A stretch of DNA of 64,000 bases from Anthoceros angustus. Taxonomy: Eukaryota; Plantae; Anthocerotophyta. The stretch covers positions 310,001 through 374,000 of the forward strand of contig VJWM01000172.1 of the NCBI GenBank assembly GCA_010909165.1. The letters run 5' to 3'. The notes below the pieces were generated by a model. The model made no database searches and was not told where the DNA came from. It was given only the letters and a program-made list of their open reading frames with translations. Positions 37,101 through 48,043 of the stretch are shown here, one piece after another (position 1 is the first letter of the stretch; each line of letters starts with the position of its first letter). The position numbers and the translations under genes were made by a program.

Positions 37101-37690
37101 ACCCACTGAACCTTTCCGGCTACCAATGCGTGGCATGTCCTCACGATGGCATTGCAAGCTCGAGCACCTCGAATGCACCGCTCATTAGACATAAAATCTG
37201 TAATAGCACACAAAGGCCTCGATGCGTTGTAAATGAAGGGCATGCGAGAAAAGGTGGTGATGCCCGATGCATATCAACCTCCATGGACACAATCTTGATT
37301 GACCGGCGATCTTGCGCTCGATGAATTCATGGAGTGGAGGAGGTCCTGCACAACGGGCGCTTGGGATCCACGGTGGGCCAGCAGGCGAACACAATTTTGG
37401 CCCCACGGTGAGCTGAGGTCCTGGATCTCCCGCCCACTGAAGTAGGCTTCCTTCACCCGCATGGTCTCCAACCGGCCGCACTATACCGGATGCCTTGGCC
37501 TCGGGTCCTGCCCGAAAGGTGGCTCCAAGTCGATAACCAATACGTCAAACTTGGCGAGTGGGACAAAAAACATCTTGCTCACTGGGGTCCCGACCTCAGC
37601 AACAATTGGGATGTTCAAGAGATGTGTGACGCCCCTCAGTGCCTCTACCACATCGGCCACAAATATGCCCAATTCCTTGGCTCGGTCCAC
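33630..37690. repeat. ~2.03-kb tandem duplication spanning the LTR/CACTA junction
   Basis: TGGAAATCT..AGCTC at 33632 and 35667; CCCAATTCCTTGGCTCGGTC at ~35643 and ~37672. Confidence 0.9.
34124..34700 (+). mobile_element. CACTA left terminus with subterminal repeats (copy A)
   Basis: CACTACTACAAAACATATGG at 34124, followed by ATAACG(C/T) and GGGCATGGC..TGTGCCA.ATGGGCCAAGTAGC repeats. Confidence 0.7.
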
Positions 37691-39149
37691 CATGCCTTGC
37701 CCCAACCTCGATGCACATCCAACCCACCACTTCCGGACATTGCTTGCACCGGCGATGGAGCGCAATGGCAGTGGTCCTGCATCATCATTCTTTGAGGCGC
37801 GTGATGTGATAGTGCTTCTCCATCGGTCGATGGCTCCCCTCCGCAATTTGCAATACCACGCCCACGTCCGAGTCCATACGGGAACCTCGACCTCATCCAA
37901 GGCTGTGCCTGACGCGTAATCTCTGCCGGAGGTGAGGAGCATGCTCCCACTGCCACAAGGGGTTCACTCCTGGGCGATGGTACCGGTCAGGGCTCCGGCG
38001 TCTTCGATGGCCGCGATGAACTAGACTCGAAGCAGACCCGCTGCTCACAAGGTCCATGTCACGGTCGTGTCCAACTGCAGGAATGAACGGCGGCATCGGC
38101 GGCATTGGGATTGGCCCATCCCCTGCATTGCTACCTGTGCTGTCGGCCATTCCCCTGAGTTTGCAACTTCAGTGCTACAAGGCCGACAGCGCTGAATTGT
38201 TAAAGCACCCCGGCGCGTAACCAAGTGCACTGCTGGTGAGCTTCAAGATCTTTGCACACTTTGATGCGTCGAGGTCGGCGTAACCTTTGCCAAGGTTTTT
38301 GCACCCTCAAGGCTAGGTACACATATCATCGGCATTTGATAGAGCTGACTCGTATGTGTCCTGGTACTATAATTTGCAATCGGCCACGTACGGTCGAAGG
38401 AACCTACGGGCGTGAGGCCCGTTCTAGCCATATGTCGCCCAAATTCGGCGTGATGGCGTTCTCGGCAACACGGCAATGGCCCTTTGCGAAGCCCATCTAG
38501 CCTCGAACCCTTTGGCGTTCTAGTCTAAATGTTAGATGGGGAACAACCTCACTAAGTCGTAGCGAACATGGATTCCGATGGTCCTGTCCATAGCGCAAAT
38601 TGCGAGGCTGCCCATGTCGATTGCATTGGTAATGAGCATCCGTGAGGCGGACGCCGCTCGCCCATTCCGAACCTTTGGGACATCATAGCGCGCTGAGGTT
38701 TGCCATGAATTCCGATCATCATCTTTACCACACCATTGCATCTTGGCACGCTAGCGTATGCATCCGTTCTAACACACCATTGAATCTCTTGTAGGGCCGA
38801 CCAAGTGACTATCTTCAAGGGGGCGCTTGTTGGATCGGATGAAAATGTAGATCGGCGACCACGCCTTGGAGTTATTCCACATATTCATCCACAACTGGGG
38901 GGAGAGGCTCGGTGCGCAATGTAGGGCCGATACTGGGTGGTGGCAAGCTCGCGAGATGGTCCTGATTCTTTGCACAGTCGAGCCACGACACTCAATACCG
39001 AGAGCCACCTATTGACCATGCAGATGGCGGGGCAATGGTCCTACTGCGGTTTTGTATCCTCATCCCGATCAATGGCATCAATCATCAGAGAGGCCTCAAA
39101 ACCTTTGTTTGTCATAGATGGGGCATGCATCGACTCGGATCGGTTGTCG

Positions 39150-39960
39150 TGCACGCTTGCCCTTGTGAGCGTGCAGAGAGACACAACTTATCAGATAGTG
39201 CGATCACTGGTGTGTTCAAGGTGGTTAGCCAGATGCTCCTGCCTCGCCCAAATTCTCTACCCCAATCACGACAAGGTGGGGCAGAGTTGTAATCGCATAG
39301 ATGCATGTGTGAAGGATTGTTGTGTGTTTTGGGGGCCGCTTGCAGTGGAATTGAATTGTTTTTGTGGAGAGCCTCGATACCGCGATCCCGTTGGCCGACA
39401 CAAGGTTTCGCGGAAGTCATACTTCCACTTCCCTTTGGTGGAACGCCTTAGGAGGATCTTTGGTGCCATGGCTCTTGATATGACTTGGTGGGCACAATCA
39501 AGTCGGGATGGTAAGATCACGGATTATGGTGACACCCTGGGTTGCTCTTGATGGCGTGGAAAATTTTGGTGCCGGCGATAGGAGCGTTCGACTCTCTATT
39601 TACAGGGCCTCAACCTCGGGGCCATCGATCATGCTCCAACTCAATATGGCGGTGCTCGGTCATCCAAAACCTTCCACCACGGCTATCCACCAAAAGGCGC
39701 ATTTTGATGTCTATGGTGATTCCGGGACTAGCGGTGCCAAACATGGGCGTGTACTTGCAACCATTGGTTGCGAATTAAGCTATGGGTAGGTGTGGATTGT
39801 GAGGACTTCTCAAGCCAATTGATGATACCGAAAGATTTTTCAAGCTTAAATGACCTTTGGTGGTTGCAACATGTGATTATCATCTGGAAATTTGCTTGGC
39901 ACCTGCAAGTCAGGGTCACTCCGTGTATTGAGCGTATGTGAGCCTAGGAACGCTGGTAGA
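39150..39960 (+). pseudogene. CACTA Tnp2 (Transposase_21) fragment; duplicate at ~40950-41770
   Basis: IDACVKDCCVFWG...NCFCGEPRY...RKSYFHFPLVERLRRIF...DMTWW, NLPPRLSTKRRILMSMVIPG...VYLQPLV, AALVVATCDY. Confidence 0.85.
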
Positions 39961-39989
39961 CTTAGACAAAATCTTTGTACATTGGTGCC

Positions 39990-40300
39990 GTGATGGTGTA
40001 GCAACTGGTGACACACCGGTCATTTGGATCGATGCTTTCGATAATAGATGCGAAATGTTACGCCCTCCGCGATGTTGGAAGTTCTCTTGGAAATGCGGTT
40101 GGACGGGCGGTGATGCGGAAAAGGAGGAACTCTTGGAATCGTTTGTCTCCATATCTAAGCGGGTTGCAATGGTGTCCTCGACGGCATCAAATTCCCATAT
40201 GTCCTTGGCATTGTTCACTTCTACATGCATTACATCCTTTGCCCATAGCTTGTGTATGTGGGTAAGATAAGGCAGAAAGGATCGGACTCGCTGGTTACTC
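39990..40300 (-). pseudogene. Downstream Tnp2 segment (DVMH motif), inverted; duplicate at ~41900-42100
   Basis: LPYLTHIHKLWAKDVMHVEVNNAKDIW...DTIATRLDME resembles the LPYW...LDVMHIEKN...KD..KARxDL consensus. Confidence 0.7.
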
Positions 40301-42114
40301 CCCACACTGCTTCTAAATGTTAGATGGGGAACAACCTCACTAAGTCAAGTCGGGAACATGGATTCCGATGGTCCTCCATAGCCAAGCAAATTGCCGAGGC
40401 CGCTGCCCATGTCACGGTGCATTGGTAATGAGCATCCGTGAGGCGGACGCGCTCGCCCATTCCAGCCTTTGGGACATCATAGCGGCGAGGTTTGCCATGA
40501 ATTCCGATCGCATCATCTTTACCACACCATTGCATCTTGGCACGCTTGCGTATGCATCCGTTCTAACACACCATTGAATCTCTTGTAGGGACCAAGTGAC
40601 TATCTTCAAGGGCGGCGCTTGTTGGATCGAGATGAAAATGTAGATCATCGCGACCACGACCTTGGTTATTCCACATATTCATCCACAACGGGGGCTGGGA
40701 GGGCTCGGTGCGCAATGTAGGGCCGATACTGGGTGGCCGTCGCGGATGGTCCCGATTCTGCAGTCGAACCACGACACTCAATACCGAGGAGCCACCTATT
40801 GACCATGCCCGAGATGGCGGGGCAATGGTCCCTGCCTGCAGTTTTGTATCCTCTCACGATCAATGGCATCAATCGGCATGCGAGGCCTCAAAACCTTTGT
40901 TTGTCATAGATGGGCCATGCTGACTCGGATCGGTTGTCGAGCACGCTTGCCCTTGTGAGCGTGCGGGACACAACTTATCGAGATAGTGCGATCAGATGTG
41001 TTCAAGGTGGTTAGCGGATGCTCACCTTTAAATTCTCTACCCCAAAATCACATTCTTATGAAGGTGGGCAGAGTTGTAATATATAGATGCATGTGTGAAG
41101 GATTGTTGTGTGTTTTGGGGGCGCTTGCGATGGAATTGAATTGTTTTGTGGAGAGCCTCGATCTGCGATCCGTTGGCCGACACAAGGTTCATGAGTCATA
41201 CTTCCACTTCCCTTTGGTGGAACGCCTTAGGAGGATCTTTGTGCCATGGCTCTTGATATGACTTGGTGGGCACAATCAGTCGGGATGGTAAGATGCGGAT
41301 TATGGTGACACCCACTGGGTTGCTCTTGATGGCGTGGAAAATTTTGGTGCCGGCGATAGGGTTCGACTCTCTATTTTATACGACGGCCTCAGCCCCATCC
41401 GGGCCATCGATCATGCTCCAACTCAATATGGCGGTGCTCGGTCATCCAAAACCTTCCACCACGGCTATCCACCAAAAGGCGCATTTTGATGTCTATGGTG
41501 ATTCCGGGACTAGCGGTGCCAAACATGGGCGTGTACTTGCAACCATTGGTTGCGGAATTGCGAGCTATGGGTAGGTGTGGATTGTGAGGACTTCTCAAGC
41601 CAATTGATGATACCGAAAGATTTTTCAAGCTTAAATGCGGCTTTGGTGGTTGCAACATGTGATTATCGGTGGGAAATTTGCTTGGCACCAAGTCAGGGTC
41701 ACTCCGTGTATTGGTGGTGTATAGGCCTAGAGCCACGTGGTCAAGACTTAGACAAAATCTGTACATTGGTGCCGTGATGGTGTAGCAACTGGTGACACCG
41801 CGGTCATTTGAATCGATGCTTTCGATAATAGATGCGAAATGCGCCCACGCCCTCCGCTTCGCAGTGTTCTGGAAGTTCTCTTGGAAATGCAGCGTTGGAC
41901 AGCGGCTGATGCACGGAAAAGGAGGAACTCTTGGAATCGTTTGTCTCCATATCTAAACGGGTTGCAATGGTGTCACTCTGACCGGTCAAAATTCCCCATA
42001 TGTCCTTGGCATTGTTCACTTCTACATGCATTACATCCTTTGCCCATAGCTTGTGTATGTGGGTAAGATAAGGCGGAGGATCGTGACTCATGAGTTACTC
42101 CCCACACTGCTTGA

Positions 42115-44638
42115 GCAGGCATAGAATAATTTCATCCACCGTAAACTTTCCGCATGCTCCTCTTCAATCATTTTAGCCAAAGAAAATCAAACTTGTTTGC
42201 CTCTCGGCTCTTTTGACCTGTTGCCCAAACTTTTATGCTCCACATACTCCCTCCTCACCGCTTATGGCCTCGCAAACAACAGTACTGGGTCAAGGTACTT
42301 CTTAACCTTCCACCCATTTACTCGTGGGCAACACTTCTCCGCCTAGCACCTTGAGTTGCATGCATCCATTCTCATATACCGCTACTACCTCATAAGGTCC
42401 CATCCATCTCAAATTTAAGCTTCCCGAAGTCTGTACCGACCATCGAGAGAAGAACTAAATCCCTACGTGATAGCCTCCTTCCTCACTTTTCCATCATGCG
42501 GTCCTTTACGAGCTCCCCGAATCACCGAGTCTCCTCTAAAGCATCTTCCTGCTCCTCCCGCCTATGAAAGATTCTAGCCTAGCTAATCGACTATCTTCTA
42601 TACCATGCTCATCCTCCATGATCCCGTAGGTAGGTACTTCAAATTCCACGGCATCACAAAGTACATTCCATACGCCGATAATAAGGGGTCTTCTTGGTGG
42701 TTACCTTCTCCATGTCCAAGAAGTCAAGCAATAATGCAACTTAGCATCCTGCCATACATGTGTGTTAGCTACCTTGGTGAGGATTGTGCACGAATCCGCC
42801 TTCTCCATCAACTGCTCGCCTTGGGGTTGTAGGGGTCGCCTTCCGGGCCGAATGTTGAAGTAGGTGGTTAGGGACTCAACGATGTAGTTGAGGAAATGTG
42901 TCCCTGTCACGACCAACTCTAAAGGACACCCGCACTGCTATGATGTTCTCGAATAAAAACTTTGCCAAGAAAAGGCCGTCCTTCCTCGCCGCCCGCCCAC
43001 CATCTTCGTACAATAATCCGTAGCCACCAAAATGTACTGCTTCCTTGTCCATTGCGTCGGTGGTTTGATTGGCCCCACGAAATCGATTCCCCACTTCTCG
43101 AATGGTGCTAACGGTAGTATATAGGTGAGGGGCCATTGTGTCGACAATGTAGGCCGCCCAACCCTCTGACACGCATCACACCTCCGAGTGAACTCCCACA
43201 CATCCTTCTGCATCGTAGCCCACCAGAACCCTGCATTTAAGATCTTCTTAACGTCACCGCATCACAGTGTCCACCGCCTTCGCATGTAGCGCGATTTAGT
43301 GCCGCCTTCAACCGAGGCATCTCCGGATCTTCGTCCGGCCCCAAATTTTGTTTAGGACGCCTTCCTTAGGCGATAGGGTGCGGCTTTATGGAGAAAATAG
43401 CCCGCCTTCCCTAGACAAACCATCGTGCATGATACCGCCTAGAAATTTGCGCACCTCACTGCTCAGATACTTCGCATGAACGCCTCGCTCTAATCTCCTC
43501 CTTCCAGTGACTACGCCGCCTCCCGCCAGCCTGCTAGTAGCCCTGTGGCATGGATCCATCTACAAATCCATCGCCTCCCTGCTTCGCCCATGCTGCACGT
43601 TCCTTGGCCTGCAGCCCGTTTGCATGCTCCTCCTCCGACAGTGGGCTGATCTTTTCCATTCCGGCTGGCCTTGCCTCGTGACTAGGTCCAGCTCGTGCTC
43701 CCATGGCGACCTCTTCGCCTTCCTGCACCTCCACGTCCTCCTTAGGAGTGATTTCCCATGAATCCGCCATCTCTTCTCCTGCAAGTTTTCTTCAAGCTTG
43801 TCATGGGGTGTACCTCCTTCCTTTTGCCAACTCGTGGCCTCCTCTTGCAGCCCTCCCGACCGCCATCCTTGTGGAGCAGTCCAGCCTCCTCCTGCGCCCA
43901 TGCCGCACGCCTTGGCCTCCGCTGCATGCTCCTCCTCCGACAGTGGGCTGATCTTTTCCATTCCGGTTGGCCTTGCCTCGTGACTAGGTCCAGCTCGTGC
44001 TCCCATGGCGACCTCTTCGCCTTCCTGCACCTCCACGTCCTCCTTAGGAGTGATTTCCCATGAATCCGCCATCTCCTTCTCCTGCAAGTTTTCTTCAAGC
44101 TTGTCATGGGGTGTACCTCCTTCCTTTGCCAACTCGTGGCCTCCTCTTGCAGCCCTCCCGACCGCCATCCTTGTGGAGCAGTCCGGCCTCCTCCTGCGCC
44201 TCATGGCGCCATCCTATCTCCTGATTTGATTGTCCGTCAAGCTTTTCGCATAACGCCCCTCTTGCTCATTTGGCCTTTCTGCTGGCAACGAGACTCACTG
44301 ATCGATTCTTATGCCGTCTACACAATGCTCACGTCCCCTCTCTGCAATCTAGGCTGTGGCGACCAACTCCTCGTCAGGAAATCGGTCGTCCGTGGCCTCA
44401 TGTCGTTATCCAGTTTTCAGACGAGAAATAAAATCAGCGTTTTGATGTTGCTTCCCTGGCCTAGTTTCCACGTCGTAATCGAATTCTTGCAGCAGTAGTA
44501 CCCACCTGGCAATCCTTCCTGTGGCGCGACTTTTGCTGACGGCCACCGCGCCAGCATAAATCCTGGTCGCTGTAGTAAGGAGTCCGCTCAAGAGAATGAT
44601 AAGCCCGCTTGCTGCTTCGATCGATTCTCACCTTACTT
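42115..44638 (-). mobile_element. Truncated Athila-like gypsy copy (subfamily B): RNase H end, linker, integrase, PPT and first ~130 bp of 3' LTR
   Basis: GRIARWVLLLQEFDY, CDACQR...PFEKWGIDFVGPI...ILVATDY, VNGWKVKKY. PPT AAGCGGTGAGGAGGGAGTA (42263-42245), then TGTGGAGCATAAAAGTTTGGGC from 42244. Confidence 0.88.
43589..44201 (-). repeat. ~305-bp in-frame tandem repeat x2 in the RH-INT linker
   Basis: EENLQEKEMADSWEITPKEDVEVQEGEEVAMGARAGPSHEARP(T/A)GMEKISPLSEEEH encoded twice. Confidence 0.9.
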
Positions 44639-46360
44639 TGTGACCGCCACCTTAACACACACACAATCGCTGCTTTGCGCCTAACTACTCCTAACGCTCA
44701 CCGAACAGCCCGCAAAACGCTTAAGGACCTGCTGGCGTCTGTGATCGTTCATGCACGCCACTGCTCCTCTAGTCCGCTCCTCTCACCACTCTCACCACAC
44801 TCATCAACTTTGGGAAAACGCAAGTGGCTACATGCCCTGACCTCCTCCGCTGCTCAACCGGGCCTCTCCGTCCGGCTCAGACGCCTCCCGAGTTCCTCCG
44901 GCCACACGCCCGGCCCGCCGACCGGGCCGCCGACGAACAAGGGTCCCGCCTTCCCCGCACACACCACCACACGTTAGGGTCCGCTCACTGTGACCTTGAC
45001 TGGGCCTCCCGAGCCGCGGCCTACTCGGACTCAGACTCACGTTAGCATGAAGACACACAAAGGTCTGCAAGAAAACGCAGCATCAACACCAAGAGAAGAT
45101 GATTTATTCAGAGCAGCCTTAGCCCTCTTATACTACGCCGAAGGCTGACGCCTTTATTACACCTCTATTCTGAGCTGAGGACCAGCTCAGTGTGCCCTAA
45201 CCGGCCGCCTACTATTCTCCCTATTCCTCCTATCGCCGTCGTCGGTGGTGGGGCTGGGATGGCCCCTGGTTTCTTCTTGGCACCGGCGGCCCAAAGCCGA
45301 GCCAGCATCGACTGCGGCGCACCCAATCGGATGATCCGCGAGGTGGGACCCTTCCTCTTCCCGAGGGTCTGCCAGTCGGCGCCACCGGGCGGCGGCTCGA
45401 CAACTGGTCACCACTAAGTCCTCCTCACCTCCTCTCTATCTCTCCGTGCCCCACAATGGGCCTCCAGTGGATCTGGGCCGGTGATTGGTGGCTCTCCCCA
45501 CTCCCTAGTCTCGTCCTCGTGACCCCGTCTCCGACTCGAGTCCGACTCTAGGTCCGGTCTTCCCTCCGGGTCCGGCCCCGTCCTTTCTTTGAGTCCCGAC
45601 TTGCCTCGGGTCCGGCCTCGACCCAACCTTCTTCGAGTCCGGACCTCGTGGTCCGGACTTGGTTACCAGAGTCTGGATCTCTAAGTCCAGATTTCATGGG
45701 GCCGGACCTCGAGATCCGGCCTTTCCTCAGGAGTCCGAACAAAGTCCGGACCAGCAGCCTCGGCTCGCCTCCTCACCGGCTGGTCACGGGTTCATCTAAT
45801 CGAGCCTCCCTTGGTTCCCGAATGCCCTGCGCTTTCCACTTCCTCCTGTGATCCGCCTCCTTCCTTCCATGTGAGGGTGACGAGTGCTTACTCCCAGCGA
45901 CCCTTCCTCCTCTCGGCCTCCTCCGGGTCCGGCTCAGACGCCTCCCGAGCCGCTGCTGCAAACAACAGCTCCTAGGGCTCCTGGTCATGCCCCTCGGTCC
46001 GCCTCCTTGCACCTCCTTCCGACCCTTCCGGGAGTCCACCTCCGCCTAGGGGTGGCGCAGGACCTCCAGAGCCTTGAGGAGCTCTACGTGGTAGTAGGCA
46101 AAGTCGAATCGACTTGTCAATCGCCTCTTCCACATGAGCCTGCAGCACCTGCACTCCTCCTCCAGAGGTGCTCCCGTGAGCATGTCGTCCGCCCGCCGCC
46201 CGCCTCCGCTGCTTACCAACAGAGGCGGGCGGATTCCCTTGAGGCCGCTGGCTGCCTGCTACTCTTGCAGCCTTCGCCATCGCTCGACGCTCTCCACCTC
46301 CGTCGTTGTTCCAGCCCGCCACTTATGGGCCATGGAGCCGAGCCCTCCGCCTCGCAACCG
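44639..46360 (-). mobile_element. 3' end of an unrelated LTR element: LTR ~44639-45413, PPT ~45415-45440, internal remnant
   Basis: TGTGACC...GGTCAC(C)A termini; purine tract GAGAGGAGGTGAGGAGGACTTAG on - just before the LTR; TATAAG and AATAAA on the - strand. It interrupts subfamily B RNase H. Confidence 0.55.
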
Positions 46361-46809
46361 GACGATGTGAAATGCAAAACTTTGGGCCATTCATTTTTTG
46401 GTTGGAGTTGACAAAACTTGGATCAAGACGAACTCGAAAAGTGCCAAAGGAATTGCTGGGTATTTCTTGGTGGAAGCTCGACTCAAGTGAGTGCAAGAAG
46501 AGATCACCACGGGTGTGCATCACGACGGCGGAATTTGCAGTGGGGCTGCAAGTGAACGTGAAGGGAGGCCGTGTGATGACCGCGAGGAGACATGGATAGC
46601 AAGGAGGGTTGGTACGAGATGTTGTGGAGGCGTGAGAAGTTCACCGAGGGATAAGTTCATTTTATTCTTGATGAGTGTTATGCACAAGCCAATTGGGTGT
46701 GTTGGACAATGGAATGTAAGAACTCCAGAGTTAAGCGTCCTAGGGGTGGATCAGCACCGGATGGGGCACCTTTGTGGGTGTTTCAGCTTGTTATATTTGG
46801 AAGTCACAT

Positions 46810-47230
46810 GAGAGCTAATTGGGAGAGGGTTTGAGTGGTGCACCCCACGCCAAGGAGGTGTAGGGTGGTAGTGGACGTATGGCACCTCACCGTAGGGGGA
46901 GGTGCATCCTACAAGGGTAGATGTAGGGTGATAGTTGGCGTGAGGGTGTCAAAAGCCAACCTACATGTAGTAGGCGTGGTGACAAAGGTGACCCCACACA
47001 GAGGGCGAGGGTGACAAAGGTGACCCTACATAGATAGGTCATGGGTCCCCACGGGTAGTATGTAGGGTAGGTAGCACCTTGTAGGGTAGTGACCACATAG
47101 GATAGGTAGGGCCATAAGTAGGGGACAGAGATGCAAGTAGTATGAAGGGGAGGGTGAAGCAGCGTGGTGGGGTGACCAAGGTGACCCTACATAGTAGACG
47201 AGGGTGACACCCTACGACGGTAGTTGGACA
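46810..47230 (+). repeat. Degenerate G-rich tandem motifs (GGGTGACAAAGGTGACCCTACATAG-like); also 59640-60060
   Basis: Motif recurs at ~46977, 47009, 47172 and in equivalents in the 3' LTR. Confidence 0.75.
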
Positions 47231-48043
47231 GGTAGGATGAGATAGGTAGGATGAGAGTGTCATGAGAGTGGTGAGGTCTCACGTAAGGGCGACACCTACT
47301 TGGATACTTGGGAAGCAAGCTTGTCATGAGAGTGGTGAGGTCTCACGGTGGGCGACACTTACTTGGATACTTGGGAAGCAAGCTTTTCAGACAGGTGTTT
47401 CAACCTAGGAAGTTGTTAAAAGGGTCAGATATGCAAGGTTGAGGATAAATAGGGTATATTAGGAATAATAATCCATAAATATGTAAGGCAGGTAGTGTAG
47501 GGTGTTTATAACAAGTAGGGTGGAAATAGTGCCACCTGGCAAGGAATCAACGGCCTATATCAAGAGTTTTTGCTGTCACAACCAAAGGGCCATGCAAGCG
47601 GGGTGTGTAGGGAGTGGCACCTAGGAAGTCTGTGAGGAATCGCGAAGAAGAGCTTGGGCATGCACGGAAAGCTAGAGCAAGGACTTGGTGGAACGCTGTG
47701 CCGTGTGTGTGCAAGGAGAAGGAGGTGTGCGTAAGGGGTTGTGTGTGAAGGGATTTGAAGACCGTGAAGAGAGCAAGGGCGCTGATTTTTGTGTGTGTCC
47801 AACCTTGCAAGTGAGGGACGAAGGTAAGGAGGTGTATGTTGTGAGGACACCAAGTTTGAGCTAGGTGGGACCGTGGAGTGAAGAGGAAGTAAGTGGAGAA
47901 GGGGCTGAAGTTGCTCACTTGGTGGATCTTGTGTGGCGAGTGAAGAAATCTCACAATTGTGTGTAGGCACCGAGGTGGCAACTAGGTGGAAACGAGCACG
48001 GGCGTGCCAAGCTTGTATTGTGTAGTTATTTTGAAGGTGCAAG

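Larger units (their letters stand above)
36182..42112. mobile_element. CACTA (En/Spm) element: left TIR at 36182, rearranged Tnp2 transposase, right end missing
   Basis: CACTACTACAAAAC terminus plus downstream Tnp2 motifs. No matching GTAGTG right end was seen. Confidence 0.65.
38524..42112. repeat. ~1.79-kb tandem duplication (38524-40311 / 40312-42112)
   Basis: TCTAAATGTTAGATGGGGAACAACCTCACTAAGTC starts both units; TTACTCCCCACACTGCTT ends both. Confidence 0.92.

Noticed and set aside
38230-38940. DUF4218 or hAT/integrase fragments
   Set aside because: Isolated short motifs (NRPRTVEG, ARFAMN, CNGVVK) do not extend into convincing alignments.
42090-42112. GTGTGGGGAG on - as the PPT of subfamily B
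   Set aside because: It is part of the duplicated Tnp2 coding unit (also at ~40295); the real PPT is at 42245-42263.
43500-44330. Tat-type additional archaeal RNase H
   Set aside because: No RNase H catalytic motifs; the sequence is low-complexity acidic repeat.
44640-46360. Many 60-175 aa ORFs in GC-rich DNA (also 14945-16030, 33400-38200, 46800-47980)
   Set aside because: Overlapping in all frames, low-complexity or antisense shadows of real features, with no conserved motifs.
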